Assembly: GCA_964391575.1 (NCBI GenBank)
Contig: CAYMMK010000001.1
Location: 9,111 to 73,110, forward strand
DNA length: 64,000 bases
Source of the DNA: an uncultured Limnohabitans sp.
GTDB lineage: Bacteria > Pseudomonadota > Gammaproteobacteria > Burkholderiales > Burkholderiaceae_C
Reading direction: 5' to 3'
This document shows, one piece after another, positions 10,496 through 20,226 of the stretch (the stretch's first letter is position 1; the number at the start of each line of letters is the position of its first letter). The translations under genes and the position numbers were made by a program. Below the pieces are notes generated by a model, which was given only the letters and a program-made list of their open reading frames with translations, was not told where the DNA came from and searched no databases.

Positions 10496-11884
10496 ATGCA
10501 AGCAATTGATAACACACCCGCGCCCAAAGTCGGCTTTGTGAGCCTAGGCTGCCCCAAAGCCCTGACCGACTCTGAACTGATTCTGACCCGCCTCAGCGCC
10601 GAGGGCTACGAGACCAGCAAGACCTTTGAGGGGGCCGACCTGGTCATCGTCAACACCTGTGGTTTCATCGACGAAGCGGTCGAGGAAAGTCTGGACACCA
10701 TCGCGCAGGCCCTGGCTGAAAACGGTAAGGTCATTGTGACCGGATGTCTGGGGGCCAGGCAGTCCAACGATGGCGAGAACATGGTCCGTCAAATGCACCC
10801 CAGTGTGTTGGCCGTGACCGGTCCGCATGCGACTGAGGAGGTCATGGATGCTGTTCACACGCATTTGCCCAAGCCTCATGATCCATTCCTCGACCTCGTG
10901 CCCGGAGCGTTCGGCGCAGCCGGACTCAAGCTCACGCCCAGGCACTTTGCCTACCTGAAGATCAGCGAGGGTTGCAATCATCGCTGCACTTTCTGCATCA
11001 TCCCCTCGATGCGCGGCGATTTGGTGTCAAGGCCCATCGGCGATGTGCTCAAGGAGGCGCAGGCCTTGCTGGAGGGCGGCGTCAAGGAGCTGCTGGTGAT
11101 CAGTCAGGATACTTCAGCCTACGGGGTGGATGTGAAGTACCGCACTGGTTTTTGGCAGGGCCGCCCGGTGCGCACACGCACCCTGGAACTTACCCAGGCT
11201 TTGGGTGAGATGGCGCGCGATTTCGGTGCTTGGGTCAGACTCCATTATGTGTACCCGTACCCCAGCGTCGATGACATCATCCCCCTCATGGCCCAGGGCC
11301 TGGTTTTACCTTATCTGGATGTTCCTTTTCAGCACAGCCATCCGGACGTCTTGCGACGCATGAAGCGGCCAGCGAGTGGAGAAAAAAATCTCGAGCGGAT
11401 CGCGCAGTGGCGCAAGGCCTGTCCTGAACTGGTTATTCGAAGCACCTTTATCGCCGGGTTTCCGGGTGAGACTGAGCAGGAATTCGAACATCTGCTCTCA
11501 TTTCTTGCCGAGGCCGAAATCGACCGCGCCGGATGCTTTGCCTACAGCCCTGTCAATGGCGCAGAGGCCAATACGTTGCCGGGCATGTTGCCCGCCGAGA
11601 TTCGAGAGCAGAGGCGATCACGTTTCATGCAGGTGGCCGAGGCTGTTTCAGTGGCCCGTCTGCACAGGCGCATAGGGGCTACCTTGCAGGTACTGGTGGA
11701 CTCGGCGCCCTCGATGGGGCGCAGGGGAGGGGTGGGTCGCAGTTATGCCGATGCCCCCGAAATTGACGGCGTAGTCAGATTGCTACCCCCGCAAAAAATG
11801 AGCAAGACGCTCAAAAGCGGCGAATTTACGAAAGCGAGGGTGACCGCTGTGGAGGGACATGATCTGATCGCCTTGCCAGTGTAG
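10496..11884 (+). CDS. rimO: Ribosomal protein S12 methylthiotransferase RimO (radical SAM)
   Basis: 462 aa. [17 protein letters not shown]-terminus, radical-SAM CNHRCTFC motif, C-terminal TRAM domain. Confidence 0.95.
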   Translation: MQAIDNTPAPKVGFVSLGCPKALTDSELILTRLSAEGYETSKTFEGADLVIVNTCGFIDEAVEESLDTIAQALAENGKVIVTGCLGARQSNDGENMVRQMHPSVLAVTGPHATEEVMDAVHTHLPKPHDPFLDLVPGAFGAAGLKLTPRHFAYLKISEGCNHRCTFCIIPSMRGDLVSRPIGDVLKEAQALLEGGVKELLVISQDTSAYGVDVKYRTGFWQGRPVRTRTLELTQALGEMARDFGAWVRLHYVYPYPSVDDIIPLMAQGLVLPYLDVPFQHSHPDVLRRMKRPASGEKNLERIAQWRKACPELVIRSTFIAGFPGETEQEFEHLLSFLAEAEIDRAGCFAYSPVNGAEANTLPGMLPAEIREQRRSRFMQVAEAVSVARLHRRIGATLQVLVDSAPSMGRRGGVGRSYADAPEIDGVVRLLPPQKMSKTLKSGEFTKARVTAVEGHDLIALPV

Positions 11885-11908
11885 GAGATCGCTGCTCTTA
11901 TCAAGGCA

Positions 11909-11934
11909 TGAAAAAGCCGCCAAAGAGGCGGCTT
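11909..11934 (-). terminator. Rho-independent terminator downstream of the distal tRNA-Leu; may also serve rimO on the + strand
   Basis: GCCGCC-loop-GGCGGC stem (11914-11934) followed by a T-run on the minus strand. On the + strand the stem is followed by a weaker TTGCTT. Confidence 0.7.
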
Positions 11935-11937
11935 GCT

Positions 11938-12022
<85 letters not shown>

Positions 12023-12119
12023 ATTTCAGGAAGCGAGCATTGTAGCTCAGCTTGCGGTCGGTCTGACATCATGTGGCATCCCATTGACACTGAATTGGGC
12101 CCGGTCATGAGTGCCCGCC

Positions 12120-12146
12120 AAAAAAAAGCCGATGCGTGATGCATCG
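12120..12146 (-). terminator. Rho-independent terminator between the two tRNA-Leu copies
   Basis: Minus strand reads CGATGC-atca-GCATCG followed by GCTTTTTTTT. Confidence 0.75.
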
Positions 12147-12206
12147 ACCCGGAGAGTGGTTCATCCCTGTGAAGAGAGCCTGGCACCAATGGTGCTGAGA
12201 TAAGAT

Positions 12207-12291
<85 letters not shown>

Positions 12292-12342
12292 ATTTCAGGA
12301 AATCAAGGATTTTATATTAATAAACATCTTCCAACCAGCGGG

Positions 12343-14565
12343 ATGCTGGAAGAAATTGAAGGTCAGGTTCAGGGACATCGGGACGGACACGGATTCCTGG
12401 TGCGTGATGATGGTCAGGCGGACATCTATCTCCCGCCCAACGAAATGCGTGCTGTGCTGCACCGCGACCGTGTCAGGATTCGCGTGGTGAGGATCGATCG
12501 GAAGGGACGACCCGAAGGCCGCGTGGTGGAGATTGTGGAGCGCCCCGATCAGCCCATCATCGGTCGATTGCTGCAGGAATCGGGCATGTGGCTGGTGGCG
12601 CCAGAGGACAAGCGTTATGGTCAGGACGTACTGCTGCCCAAAGGGGCGCTTGGTCACGCACGAGCAGGTCAGGTGGTGGTGGTGCAACTGACCGAGCCCC
12701 CTGCCCTGCATGGGCAGCCGGTCGGGCGGGTGGTCGAAGTTCTCGGCGAGATTGACGATCCAGGCATGGAAATCGAGATCGCGGTGCGCAAATATGGCGT
12801 ACCGCACGAGTTTTCTCAGGAATGTCTGGCGCAAGCGCGTTTGCTGCCCGACAAGGTCAGGGCTGCAGACCGTAAGGGTCGGGTGGACCTCCGTGATGTG
12901 GCTCTGGTCACGATCGATGGTGAGGACGCCCGTGACTTTGATGATGCGGTGTATTGTGAGCCGGTTCGTCAGGGTCGTTCAAAAGGATGGCGTCTGCTGG
13001 TGGCCATTGCAGATGTCAGTCACTATGTCAAGACTGGCGAGGCCATCGATACAGATGCCTATGACCGTGCGACCAGTGTGTATTTCCCGCGCCGCGTCAT
13101 TCCCATGCTGCCCGAGAAGCTCTCCAATGGTTTGTGCTCTCTCAACCCCGATGTGGATCGACTGTGCATGGTCTGTGACATGGTGGTCGATGCCGGGGGA
13201 GATGTTCAGGCCTATCAGTTTTATCCCGCAGTCATGCATAGCCATGCACGTTTTACCTACACCGAAGTGGCGGCCATTCTGGCCAACACGCGTGGAACGG
13301 AAGCGGTAAGGCGCAAGGACCGTGTGCAGGATCTTCTGAATCTGCACGAGGTCTATCGCGCACTGTTGAGGGCCCGCGCATCCCGTGGGGCGGTCGATTT
13401 CGACACCACTGAAACCCAGATCATTTGCGATGACAGTGGCCGAATTGAAAAAATTGTCCCAAGGATTCGCAATGAGGCGCATCGACTCATCGAGGAGGCC
13501 ATGCTGGCAGCCAACGTATGCAGCGCCGATTTTTTGCAGGCCCATCAGCGACCGGGGCTGTTCCGGGTGCACGAGGGCCCGACGCCTGAAAAAAGGGAAA
13601 TACTGCGCGCTTACCTCAAGGCCCTGGGTGTGGGCATGACCATTGGCGAGGATCCTCACCCCCGGGATTTCCAGAAAATTGCCGAACTTACCAAGGACCG
13701 GCCTGACGCCCAGCAAATTCACACCATGCTGCTGCGCTCCATGCAGCAGGCCATTTACACCCCCATCAACAGCGGCCATTTTGGTCTGGCGTTTGAAGCC
13801 TATACACACTTCACCAGTCCGATCAGGCGTTACCCGGACCTGCTGGTCCATCGGGTCATCAAAGCTATTCTTGACCAGCAGCATTACCAGTTGCCCGCCT
13901 TGCCCGTGCCCGGCGAGGCCCATGCCAAACTCTCCCGCCGGTTACAGAAAGCGACGGCGTCCACATCGGGACGTCAGACTCCCAAAGTGCGCATGTCGGC
14001 AGCAGAGCAACAGGCATGGGAGGCGGCCGGACTGCACTGCAGTGCCAATGAGCGAAGGGCCGACGAGGCCAGCCGCGATGTCGAAGCCTGGCTCAAGTGC
14101 AAATACATGCGCGAGCACCTCGGTGAGGAATACAGCGGCGTGGTCTCGACCGTCACCACCTTCGGACTGTTCGTGACACTCGACGCCTTGTATGTGGAAG
14201 GTTTGGTGCACATTACCGAGTTGGGCGGCGAGTACTACCGCTTCGACGAAGCTCGCCAGGAACTGCGAGGTGAGCGTACCGGCGTGCGCTATGCCATCGG
14301 GACCCGGGTACAGGTCCAGGTCAGCAGGGTCGACCTGGATGGACGGAAAATCGATTTCCGGCTGGTTCAGTCCGGGGAGGAGTTGTTGACCCGAGCCTTG
14401 CGTGACAAGCGGGGTGAAATCGTGCCAGACCCCCGCAATCCGCCGGTCAAGCGTGAGCGCAAGGGCAGGACAGCGCCGGAGTCAGACCTGCAGCCCCGAA
14501 AGTCAGTACCCGGGAAATCATCAGCCCATAAAAAAGTTGCTCGGGATCGAAAATCCAGACGGTGA
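12343..14565 (+). CDS. rnr: Ribonuclease R (RNB family 3'-5' exoribonuclease), lacking the usual N-terminal HTH/winged-helix region
   Basis: 740 aa. Starts at the cold-shock-domain region (GHRDGHGFL). RNB motifs VTIDGEDARDFDDAVYCEP, SVYFPRRVIPMLPEKLSNGLCSLNP, HFGLAFEAYTHFTSPIRRYPDL. S1 domain and a Lys/Arg-rich tail. Confidence 0.93.
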   Translation: MLEEIEGQVQGHRDGHGFLVRDDGQADIYLPPNEMRAVLHRDRVRIRVVRIDRKGRPEGRVVEIVERPDQPIIGRLLQESGMWLVAPEDKRYGQDVLLPKGALGHARAGQVVVVQLTEPPALHGQPVGRVVEVLGEIDDPGMEIEIAVRKYGVPHEFSQECLAQARLLPDKVRAADRKGRVDLRDVALVTIDGEDARDFDDAVYCEPVRQGRSKGWRLLVAIADVSHYVKTGEAIDTDAYDRATSVYFPRRVIPMLPEKLSNGLCSLNPDVDRLCMVCDMVVDAGGDVQAYQFYPAVMHSHARFTYTEVAAILANTRGTEAVRRKDRVQDLLNLHEVYRALLRARASRGAVDFDTTETQIICDDSGRIEKIVPRIRNEAHRLIEEAMLAANVCSADFLQAHQRPGLFRVHEGPTPEKREILRAYLKALGVGMTIGEDPHPRDFQKIAELTKDRPDAQQIHTMLLRSMQQAIYTPINSGHFGLAFEAYTHFTSPIRRYPDLLVHRVIKAILDQQHYQLPALPVPGEAHAKLSRRLQKATASTSGRQTPKVRMSAAEQQAWEAAGLHCSANERRADEASRDVEAWLKCKYMREHLGEEYSGVVSTVTTFGLFVTLDALYVEGLVHITELGGEYYRFDEARQELRGERTGVRYAIGTRVQVQVSRVDLDGRKIDFRLVQSGEELLTRALRDKRGEIVPDPRNPPVKRERKGRTAPESDLQPRKSVPGKSSAHKKVARDRKSRR

Positions 14566-14577
14566 AACCGCCGAGTT

Positions 14578-16056
14578 TCAGCACCTGGCTGGTGGTGACT
14601 GCAGCTGCTCCACCATGGATGAGGCGCTCAAGCTCTTGTCTGCCGGCCACCTGTCTGCAATCAGGCCATGCTCCCAAACTGCAGCGCAGCTGGCTGAAAA
14701 ACTGTCGGCGTGCTGCGTCATGCGTGCGCCGGTCAGTCCGGCCAGCACGTCACCCGTCCCCGCGACGGCCAGCCTGGCATTGCCCGTCGAGTTGACATAC
14801 ACCCTTTCGCCACCTTGAGCGACCAGGGTGCCCGAGCCCTTGAGGACGACCGTACAAGCACCCATGAGCAGGCTCAGGTCTCGCACAGCCTGCAACCGGT
14901 CAGATTCGATCGTGTCGACCTCCACCCCCATTAATCGTGCTGCTTCCAGGGGATGGGGTGTCAGTACGGTGGTCAGCGGTATGCGTGCCCTGACCAGGGT
15001 TTGCAACCGGGGGTCGCCAGCAATGGCGTTGAGTGCATCGGCATCCAGTACCAGGCGATGGCTGCGACGGATCACATCGGGCAACACCTGAAGAATCTCC
15101 GAACCCCCGCCACATCCGCAGACAACCGTCATTCGCTGCAGATCCAGCGATTGCCAGTCTCGCAGCATCAAATTTGCAGACCAGGCCGCTATGGGATCGG
15201 TCAGCGAGAGTGGGCACCAGAACAACCTGCCTGCACCTGCCATCAGAGCCGACTCACCCGCCAGTAGGCAGGCTCCAGTCATGCCTTTTCCCCCACCAAT
15301 CACCGCCACATCGCCATGCATCCCTTTGTGGCTGGCATGGGCTCTGGAGGGCAAATCAGCCGGCGGGCCCGTGAAGCCCGTACAGGGCTGCTGGCGGACG
15401 TTTGCGCCCAGGGGAGCCAACCACAGTTGGCCACAGACATCGCGGCCTTGGCCGGTCAGCAGGCCAGGCTTGAGGGCCAGCAGGGTCAGGGTATACCGGG
15501 CATGGACGCAGGCACCACCATGGCTGCGGCCGGTGCGGGGATCAAGTCCGCTGGGTACGTCCACGGACAAGGTGGGGGCCCGGTTGTTGTTGAGCAGTTC
15601 AATGGCCCGCAGGACAGACCCCGTGGCTGCACGGTTGGTCCCCAGGCCAAGGAGGGCATCGATACACAGATCGGTCTCTCCAAGCTGGGCGAGCCATTGA
15701 TCGGGCACAAAGTTATCAATCACCACTCCAGCTGCATGAGCCCGGGTGAGGGCCCGGGCAGCATCGGGAGGCATTCGGTCAAGATCGGCTATCAGGCTGG
15801 CCCGAACCTCCATCCCGGCGCTCTTGAGCATGATTGCAGCCTCCAGACCGTCTCCGCCGTTGTTGCCGGGTCCGCAGGCGACCCATGCCCGGCGGGCATG
15901 AGGCGCAACGGCGCGCGCCAGCCGGGCCACAGCCTGCCCGGCTAAGGCCATCAATGCCTCTGGCGAAGTGCGCGCGAGGTTCCTTTCAAGTTCCCGGATC
16001 TGCCCAATGTCCAAGAAATGGGCATGGGTCCAAGGATTCATCGGCACGAGATTCAT
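14578..16056 (-). CDS. nnr: Bifunctional NAD(P)H-hydrate repair enzyme (epimerase / ADP-dependent dehydratase)
   Basis: YjeF_N motif GPGNNGGDG and C-terminal carbohydrate-kinase motifs (VLDADALN, VLTPHPLEAARL, VVLKGSGT, AGTGDVLAG). The ORF track extends to 16413, but that part overlaps the rpsB leader and start. The start was chosen at the Met at 16056 (alternative 16041); neither has a clear SD. Confidence 0.85.
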   Translation of the reverse strand: MNLVPMNPWTHAHFLDIGQIRELERNLARTSPEALMALAGQAVARLARAVAPHARRAWVACGPGNNGGDGLEAAIMLKSAGMEVRASLIADLDRMPPDAARALTRAHAAGVVIDNFVPDQWLAQLGETDLCIDALLGLGTNRAATGSVLRAIELLNNNRAPTLSVDVPSGLDPRTGRSHGGACVHARYTLTLLALKPGLLTGQGRDVCGQLWLAPLGANVRQQPCTGFTGPPADLPSRAHASHKGMHGDVAVIGGGKGMTGACLLAGESALMAGAGRLFWCPLSLTDPIAAWSANLMLRDWQSLDLQRMTVVCGCGGGSEILQVLPDVIRRSHRLVLDADALNAIAGDPRLQTLVRARIPLTTVLTPHPLEAARLMGVEVDTIESDRLQAVRDLSLLMGACTVVLKGSGTLVAQGGERVYVNSTGNARLAVAGTGDVLAGLTGARMTQHADSFSASCAAVWEHGLIADRWPADKSLSASSMVEQLQSPPARC

Positions 16057-16059
16057 GGG

Positions 16060-16068
16060 TGCTATAAT
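16060..16068 (+). promoter_or_regulatory. Putative extended -10 promoter element (TGcTATAAT) for rpsB-tsf
   Basis: TGCTATAAT lies about 130 nt upstream of the rpsB ATG. No good -35, consistent with the extended -10 class. Confidence 0.45.
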
Positions 16069-16198
16069 TGATTGGCTTTGAAATGCATCGGCCATTGATT
16101 GCTGGTGTTTCAAAGCATATCCGCTAATCTGCCCATACAAGGTGTCTCGTCTTCGACGGGATCCGGTCAGGTTAAAGAACCAACCTTTGGAGTTCATC

Positions 16199-16951
16199 AT
16201 GTCAGTCAGCATGCGCGAAATGCTGGAAGCCGGTGTCCATTTCGGACACCAGACCCGCTTCTGGAATCCCAAGATGGCCCCGTTCATTTTTGGCCATCGC
16301 AACAAAATCCACATCATCAACCTGGAAAAATCACTGCCGATGTTCCAGGAGGCGACTAAATTCGCCAAACAGCTGGCTGCCAACCGAGGCACCGTGTTGA
16401 TGGTGGGCACCAAACGTCAGGCTCGCGAAATCTTGGCCACTGAAGCCCAGCGCGCTGGAATGCCCTTTGTCGATCAACGCTGGCTTGGCGGCATGCTGAC
16501 CAACTTCAAGACGGTCAAAACCTCAATCAAACGCCTCAAGGATATGAAAGCCCAGCAAGAGGCGGGTCTCGACAGCATGAGTAAGAAAGAACAACTCATG
16601 TTCAAGCGCGAGATTGACAAGCTCGAAAAGGATATCGGCGGGATTCAGGACATGAACACACTGCCGGATGCCATTTTTGTCATCGATGTGGGATACCACA
16701 AGATTGCCGTTGCCGAGGCCCAGAAACTGGGTATTCCATTGATCGGCGTCGTGGATTCCAATCACTCTCCAGAAGGTATTGACTACGTGATTCCGGGCAA
16801 TGACGACTCTGCCAAGGCTGTGGCTCTTTATGCCCGCGGGATTGCCGATGCCATTCTCGAGGGCCGTGCAAATGCAGTGACTGATGTTGCCAAGGCGGTC
16901 ACTGCAGAAGGCACAGACGAGTTTGTCGAGGTCGAAGACACCCCGGCCTGA
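16199..16951 (+). CDS. rpsB: 30S ribosomal protein S2
   Basis: ATG at 16199 after [31 protein letters not shown] is the canonical S2 N-terminus. Confidence 0.96.
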   Translation: MSVSMREMLEAGVHFGHQTRFWNPKMAPFIFGHRNKIHIINLEKSLPMFQEATKFAKQLAANRGTVLMVGTKRQAREILATEAQRAGMPFVDQRWLGGMLTNFKTVKTSIKRLKDMKAQQEAGLDSMSKKEQLMFKREIDKLEKDIGGIQDMNTLPDAIFVIDVGYHKIAVAEAQKLGIPLIGVVDSNHSPEGIDYVIPGNDDSAKAVALYARGIADAILEGRANAVTDVAKAVTAEGTDEFVEVEDTPA

Positions 16952-16969
16952 GCATTGCGCGCTCAACGA

Positions 16970-16996
16970 AAGGGGTCTTCAAGGCCCCTTTTTTTC
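16970..16996 (+). terminator. Intrinsic terminator/attenuator between rpsB and tsf
   Basis: AAGGGGTC-ttcaa-GGCCCCTT stem followed by TTTTTTT. Confidence 0.75.
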
Positions 16997-17033
16997 AACC
17001 CGATGTCCTGAATCAATCGAAGGAGAATTTTCC

Positions 17034-17927
17034 ATGGCAGCAATCACCGCAAGCATGGTCGCCGAGTTGCGCGGCAAGACCGACGCCCCCATGATGGAGT
17101 GCAAAAAGGCCCTGACCGAAGCCGATGGCGATATGGCCAAGGCTGAAGAAATCCTGCGCGTCAAACTTGGCACCAAGGCTGGCAAGGCGGCCTCACGCGT
17201 GACCGCCGAGGGCGTAGTGGCCAGTTTTGTCGATGGCACTTCGGGTGCCCTGATCGAGGTCAATTGCGAAACTGACTTTGTCACCAAGAACGACAGCTTT
17301 CTGGCTTTGGCCCACGCTGCAGCCGAACTGACTGCCAAATACAAGCCGTCCAATATCGAGTCCCTGGGGACACTGGCCTACAGCCAGGATGGTTTTGGCC
17401 CCACACTTGAAGACGTCCGCAAGGGGCTGATCGGCAAGATTGGCGAAAACATGAGCTTTCGGCGCTTCAAGCAGGTCGTTGGCGGCGCCAAACTTGCAAC
17501 ATACCTTCATGGCACTCGTATTGGCGTGATGGTTGAGTACGAAGGCGACGAACAGGCAGCCAAGGATGTGGCCATGCACGTTGCAGCCATGAAGCCTGTG
17601 GCCCTGACCAGCGCCGATGTGCCTGCAGATTTGATCGAAAAAGAGCGATCAGTGGCCACCGCGAAGGCGGCTGAATCCGGCAAACCCGCCGACATTGCTG
17701 CCAAGATGATTGAGGGTTCCGTGCAGAAATACCTCAAAGAGGTGTCCCTGTTCAATCAGCCCTTCGTAAAGAACGACAAGCAGACCGTTGAACAGATGCT
17801 CAAGGAACGCTCCACTACGGTCAAATCCTTCACCCTTTATGTGGTTGGCGAAGGTATTGAAAAGAAAGTCGACGATTTTGCTGCCGAGGTGGCTGCACAG
17901 GTTGCAGCGGCAAAAGGCAATGCCTGA
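17034..17927 (+). CDS. tsf: Elongation factor Ts
   Basis: ATG at 17034 after [33 protein letters not shown] is the canonical EF-Ts N-terminus. Confidence 0.96.
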   Translation: MAAITASMVAELRGKTDAPMMECKKALTEADGDMAKAEEILRVKLGTKAGKAASRVTAEGVVASFVDGTSGALIEVNCETDFVTKNDSFLALAHAAAELTAKYKPSNIESLGTLAYSQDGFGPTLEDVRKGLIGKIGENMSFRRFKQVVGGAKLATYLHGTRIGVMVEYEGDEQAAKDVAMHVAAMKPVALTSADVPADLIEKERSVATAKAAESGKPADIAAKMIEGSVQKYLKEVSLFNQPFVKNDKQTVEQMLKERSTTVKSFTLYVVGEGIEKKVDDFAAEVAAQVAAAKGNA

Positions 17928-17978
17928 CGTTCAAATCCACCGTTAAACTTGCAACATCACTCACCTGGAGATCCATCC

Positions 17979-18701
17979 ATGTCATCAGCCCAGCCGGCCC
18001 ACAAGCGTGTATTGCTCAAGCTGTCCGGTGAGGCTCTCATGGGGGACGATCAGTTCGGGATCAACCGCTCAACCATCGTTCGCATGGTGGAGGAAATTGC
18101 CGAAGTGACTCGTCTGGGGGTCGAGGTGGCGGTTGTCATTGGCGGTGGAAACATTTTCCGCGGTGTAGCAGGAGGTGCTGTTGGCATGGACCGCGCCACT
18201 GCGGACTACATGGGCATGCTGGCCACGGTGATGAATTCCCTGGCTTTGGCCGATGCCATGAACAAGGCAGGCTTGACGGCCCGGGTCATGTCTGCGATCG
18301 GCATCGAGCAGGTCGTTGAGCCTTACGTGCGCCCCAAGGCACTGCAATACCTGGAAGAGGGCAAAGTGGTGGTTTTCGCTGCAGGAACTGGAAATCCATT
18401 TTTTACCACCGACACGGCTGCTGCATTGAGGGGGGCAGAAATTGGTGCCGAAATCGTACTCAAGGCGACCAAGGTCGATGGAGTTTATACAGCCGATCCC
18501 AAAAAGGACCCCGCGGCCACACGCTACAGTCAACTGACTTTTGACGAAGCCATGGGTCGAAATCTGGGAATCATGGATGCAACAGCCTTTGCCTTGTGCA
18601 GGGACCAGAAACTGCCCATCAAGGTATTTTCCATCTTCAAAAATGGGGCTCTCAAACGTGTTGTGATGGGTGAAGATGAGGGCACACTGGTGCATCTGTG
18701 A
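17979..18701 (+). CDS. pyrH: UMP kinase
   Basis: ATG at 17979 after [27 protein letters not shown] and [17 protein letters not shown] motifs. Confidence 0.95.
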   Translation: MSSAQPAHKRVLLKLSGEALMGDDQFGINRSTIVRMVEEIAEVTRLGVEVAVVIGGGNIFRGVAGGAVGMDRATADYMGMLATVMNSLALADAMNKAGLTARVMSAIGIEQVVEPYVRPKALQYLEEGKVVVFAAGTGNPFFTTDTAAALRGAEIGAEIVLKATKVDGVYTADPKKDPAATRYSQLTFDEAMGRNLGIMDATAFALCRDQKLPIKVFSIFKNGALKRVVMGEDEGTLVHL

Positions 18702-18725
18702 ACAGCCCATGACCTGGAGAACGGT

Positions 18726-19286
18726 ATGACAATCGCAGACATCAAAAAAAACACGGAATCCAAAATGGAGCAATCCATTGCGGCCTTCAAGAACAACCTT
18801 GGCAAGATCCGGACAGGACGGGCCAACCCGGCCCTGCTGGATGTGATCCACGTTGAGTACTATGGATCACAGGTTCCGCTGTCCCAGGTGGCCAATGTGG
18901 CGCTGCTGGATGCCCGCACCATCAGTGTGCAGCCCTGGGAAAAGGGCATGGGCGCCAAGATCGAAAAAGCCATTCGTGAGAGCGATCTCGGACTCAATCC
19001 TGCCTCCATGGGAGATCTGATCCGGGTCCCCATGCCGCCGATGAGCGAGGAGCGTCGTCGGGAGATGACCAAGCTGGTCAAGGCCGAGGGCGAGCATGCC
19101 AAGATCGCGGTCCGGAACCTTCGTCGTGATGCCAATGAGTCGGTCAAGAAGCTAGTCAAGGACAAGGAAGCCACCGAGGATGACCAAAAGCGCACCGAGT
19201 CAGACATTCAGAAGATGACGGACAAGCGCATTGCGGAAATCGATCAATTGATCGCTGCGAAAGAACAGGACATCATGGCGGTTTGA
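18726..19286 (+). CDS. frr: Ribosome recycling factor
   Basis: 186 aa. [24 protein letters not shown] and [13 protein letters not shown] motifs. Confidence 0.96.
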   Translation: MTIADIKKNTESKMEQSIAAFKNNLGKIRTGRANPALLDVIHVEYYGSQVPLSQVANVALLDARTISVQPWEKGMGAKIEKAIRESDLGLNPASMGDLIRVPMPPMSEERRREMTKLVKAEGEHAKIAVRNLRRDANESVKKLVKDKEATEDDQKRTESDIQKMTDKRIAEIDQLIAAKEQDIMAV

Positions 19287-19313
19287 AACCCCTGCCGAAC
19301 CTGTCACCATGCA

Positions 19314-19336
19314 AAGGGCCGCTTCGAGCGGCCCTT
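19314..19336 (+). other. GC-rich hairpin in the frr-cdsA spacer (no U-tract)
   Basis: AAGGGCCGC-ttcga-GCGGCCCTT, a perfect 9-bp stem followed by GTGCC. Confidence 0.6.
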
Positions 19337-19356
19337 GTGCCATCGAGGAAAAGTCC

Positions 19357-20205
19357 ATGCTCAAGCAACGTGTCATCACTGCCCTGATTTTGCTTGCGCT
19401 TTTTCTGCCTGCGCTGTTTGCGTCGGTGGCCTGGCCATTTGTCTTGTTGACACTGCTCTTCATGGCGGCCGGAGCTTGGGAGTGGGGGCGACTCAATGGG
19501 CGGGAGTCTTTGACTTCACTGCTGTCGGCTGCAATCTGGTTTGCGGTCGGATTATGGTTGTGGTTCTCGGAATGGTATACCCGGCTTCCGCTCCTTTTTT
19601 GGCAGGTGTCTGGCGCTTTGTGGGTTGTCGTAGCCATTGCAATGCTTCAACGCGGGGTCGCAGGCTGGTCTGCCTGGCCTGCCCGTTTTCGCTGGCTGTG
19701 TGGTCTGGTATTGCTCATGTCGGGCTGGCTGGCACTCGTGCTTGCCTATTTCAGGGGGACCAATTTCCTGCTGTCGATCATGTGTCTGGTGTGGGCGGCT
19801 GATGTGGCCGCCTATTTTGCGGGGCGCTCCCTCGGTGGGCGCTGGATCACCGCCAAACTGGCCCCGGCCATCAGTCCGGCGAAAAGCTGGGAGGGCGTGG
19901 CGGGTGCCATGACCGGTGTGGTGTTGCTGGGTTGGGTCTGGATCTGGGCAGATCGGCAATGGCAAGCAGCGGATGGCAGTCTCTTTACAGTACTGGCCAA
20001 TGGGGGGGGGCTGCTTTGGATCTGTGCCGTGATTTTTCTGTGTTCGATGAGCGTTGCAGGTGACCTGGTGGAGTCTTTGGTCAAGCGCAGCGCCGGTGTC
20101 AAGGACAGTTCGGCGCTATTGCCAGGGCATGGGGGAGTTCTCGACAGAGTGGACGCGTTATTGCCGACCCTGCCATTGGCAATCATGCTGACCATGACCT
20201 TATGA
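19357..20205 (+). CDS. cdsA: Phosphatidate cytidylyltransferase
   Basis: ATG at 19357 after GAGGAA. Polytopic membrane protein with the C-terminal signature SxxKRxxGxKDSxxLLPGHGGVLDRVD. Confidence 0.92.
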   Translation: MLKQRVITALILLALFLPALFASVAWPFVLLTLLFMAAGAWEWGRLNGRESLTSLLSAAIWFAVGLWLWFSEWYTRLPLLFWQVSGALWVVVAIAMLQRGVAGWSAWPARFRWLCGLVLLMSGWLALVLAYFRGTNFLLSIMCLVWAADVAAYFAGRSLGGRWITAKLAPAISPAKSWEGVAGAMTGVVLLGWVWIWADRQWQAADGSLFTVLANGGGLLWICAVIFLCSMSVAGDLVESLVKRSAGVKDSSALLPGHGGVLDRVDALLPTLPLAIMLTMTL

Positions 20206-20226
20206 AGTGAAAACGAGGATCAATCC

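Noticed and set aside
16057-16413. N-terminal 119-codon extension of the nnr ORF (track gives 14578..16413)
   Set aside because: The extension would run antisense through the rpsB promoter, leader and first 70 codons. The YjeF_N domain starts only after the Met at 16056/16041, and the extension has no homology-like features.
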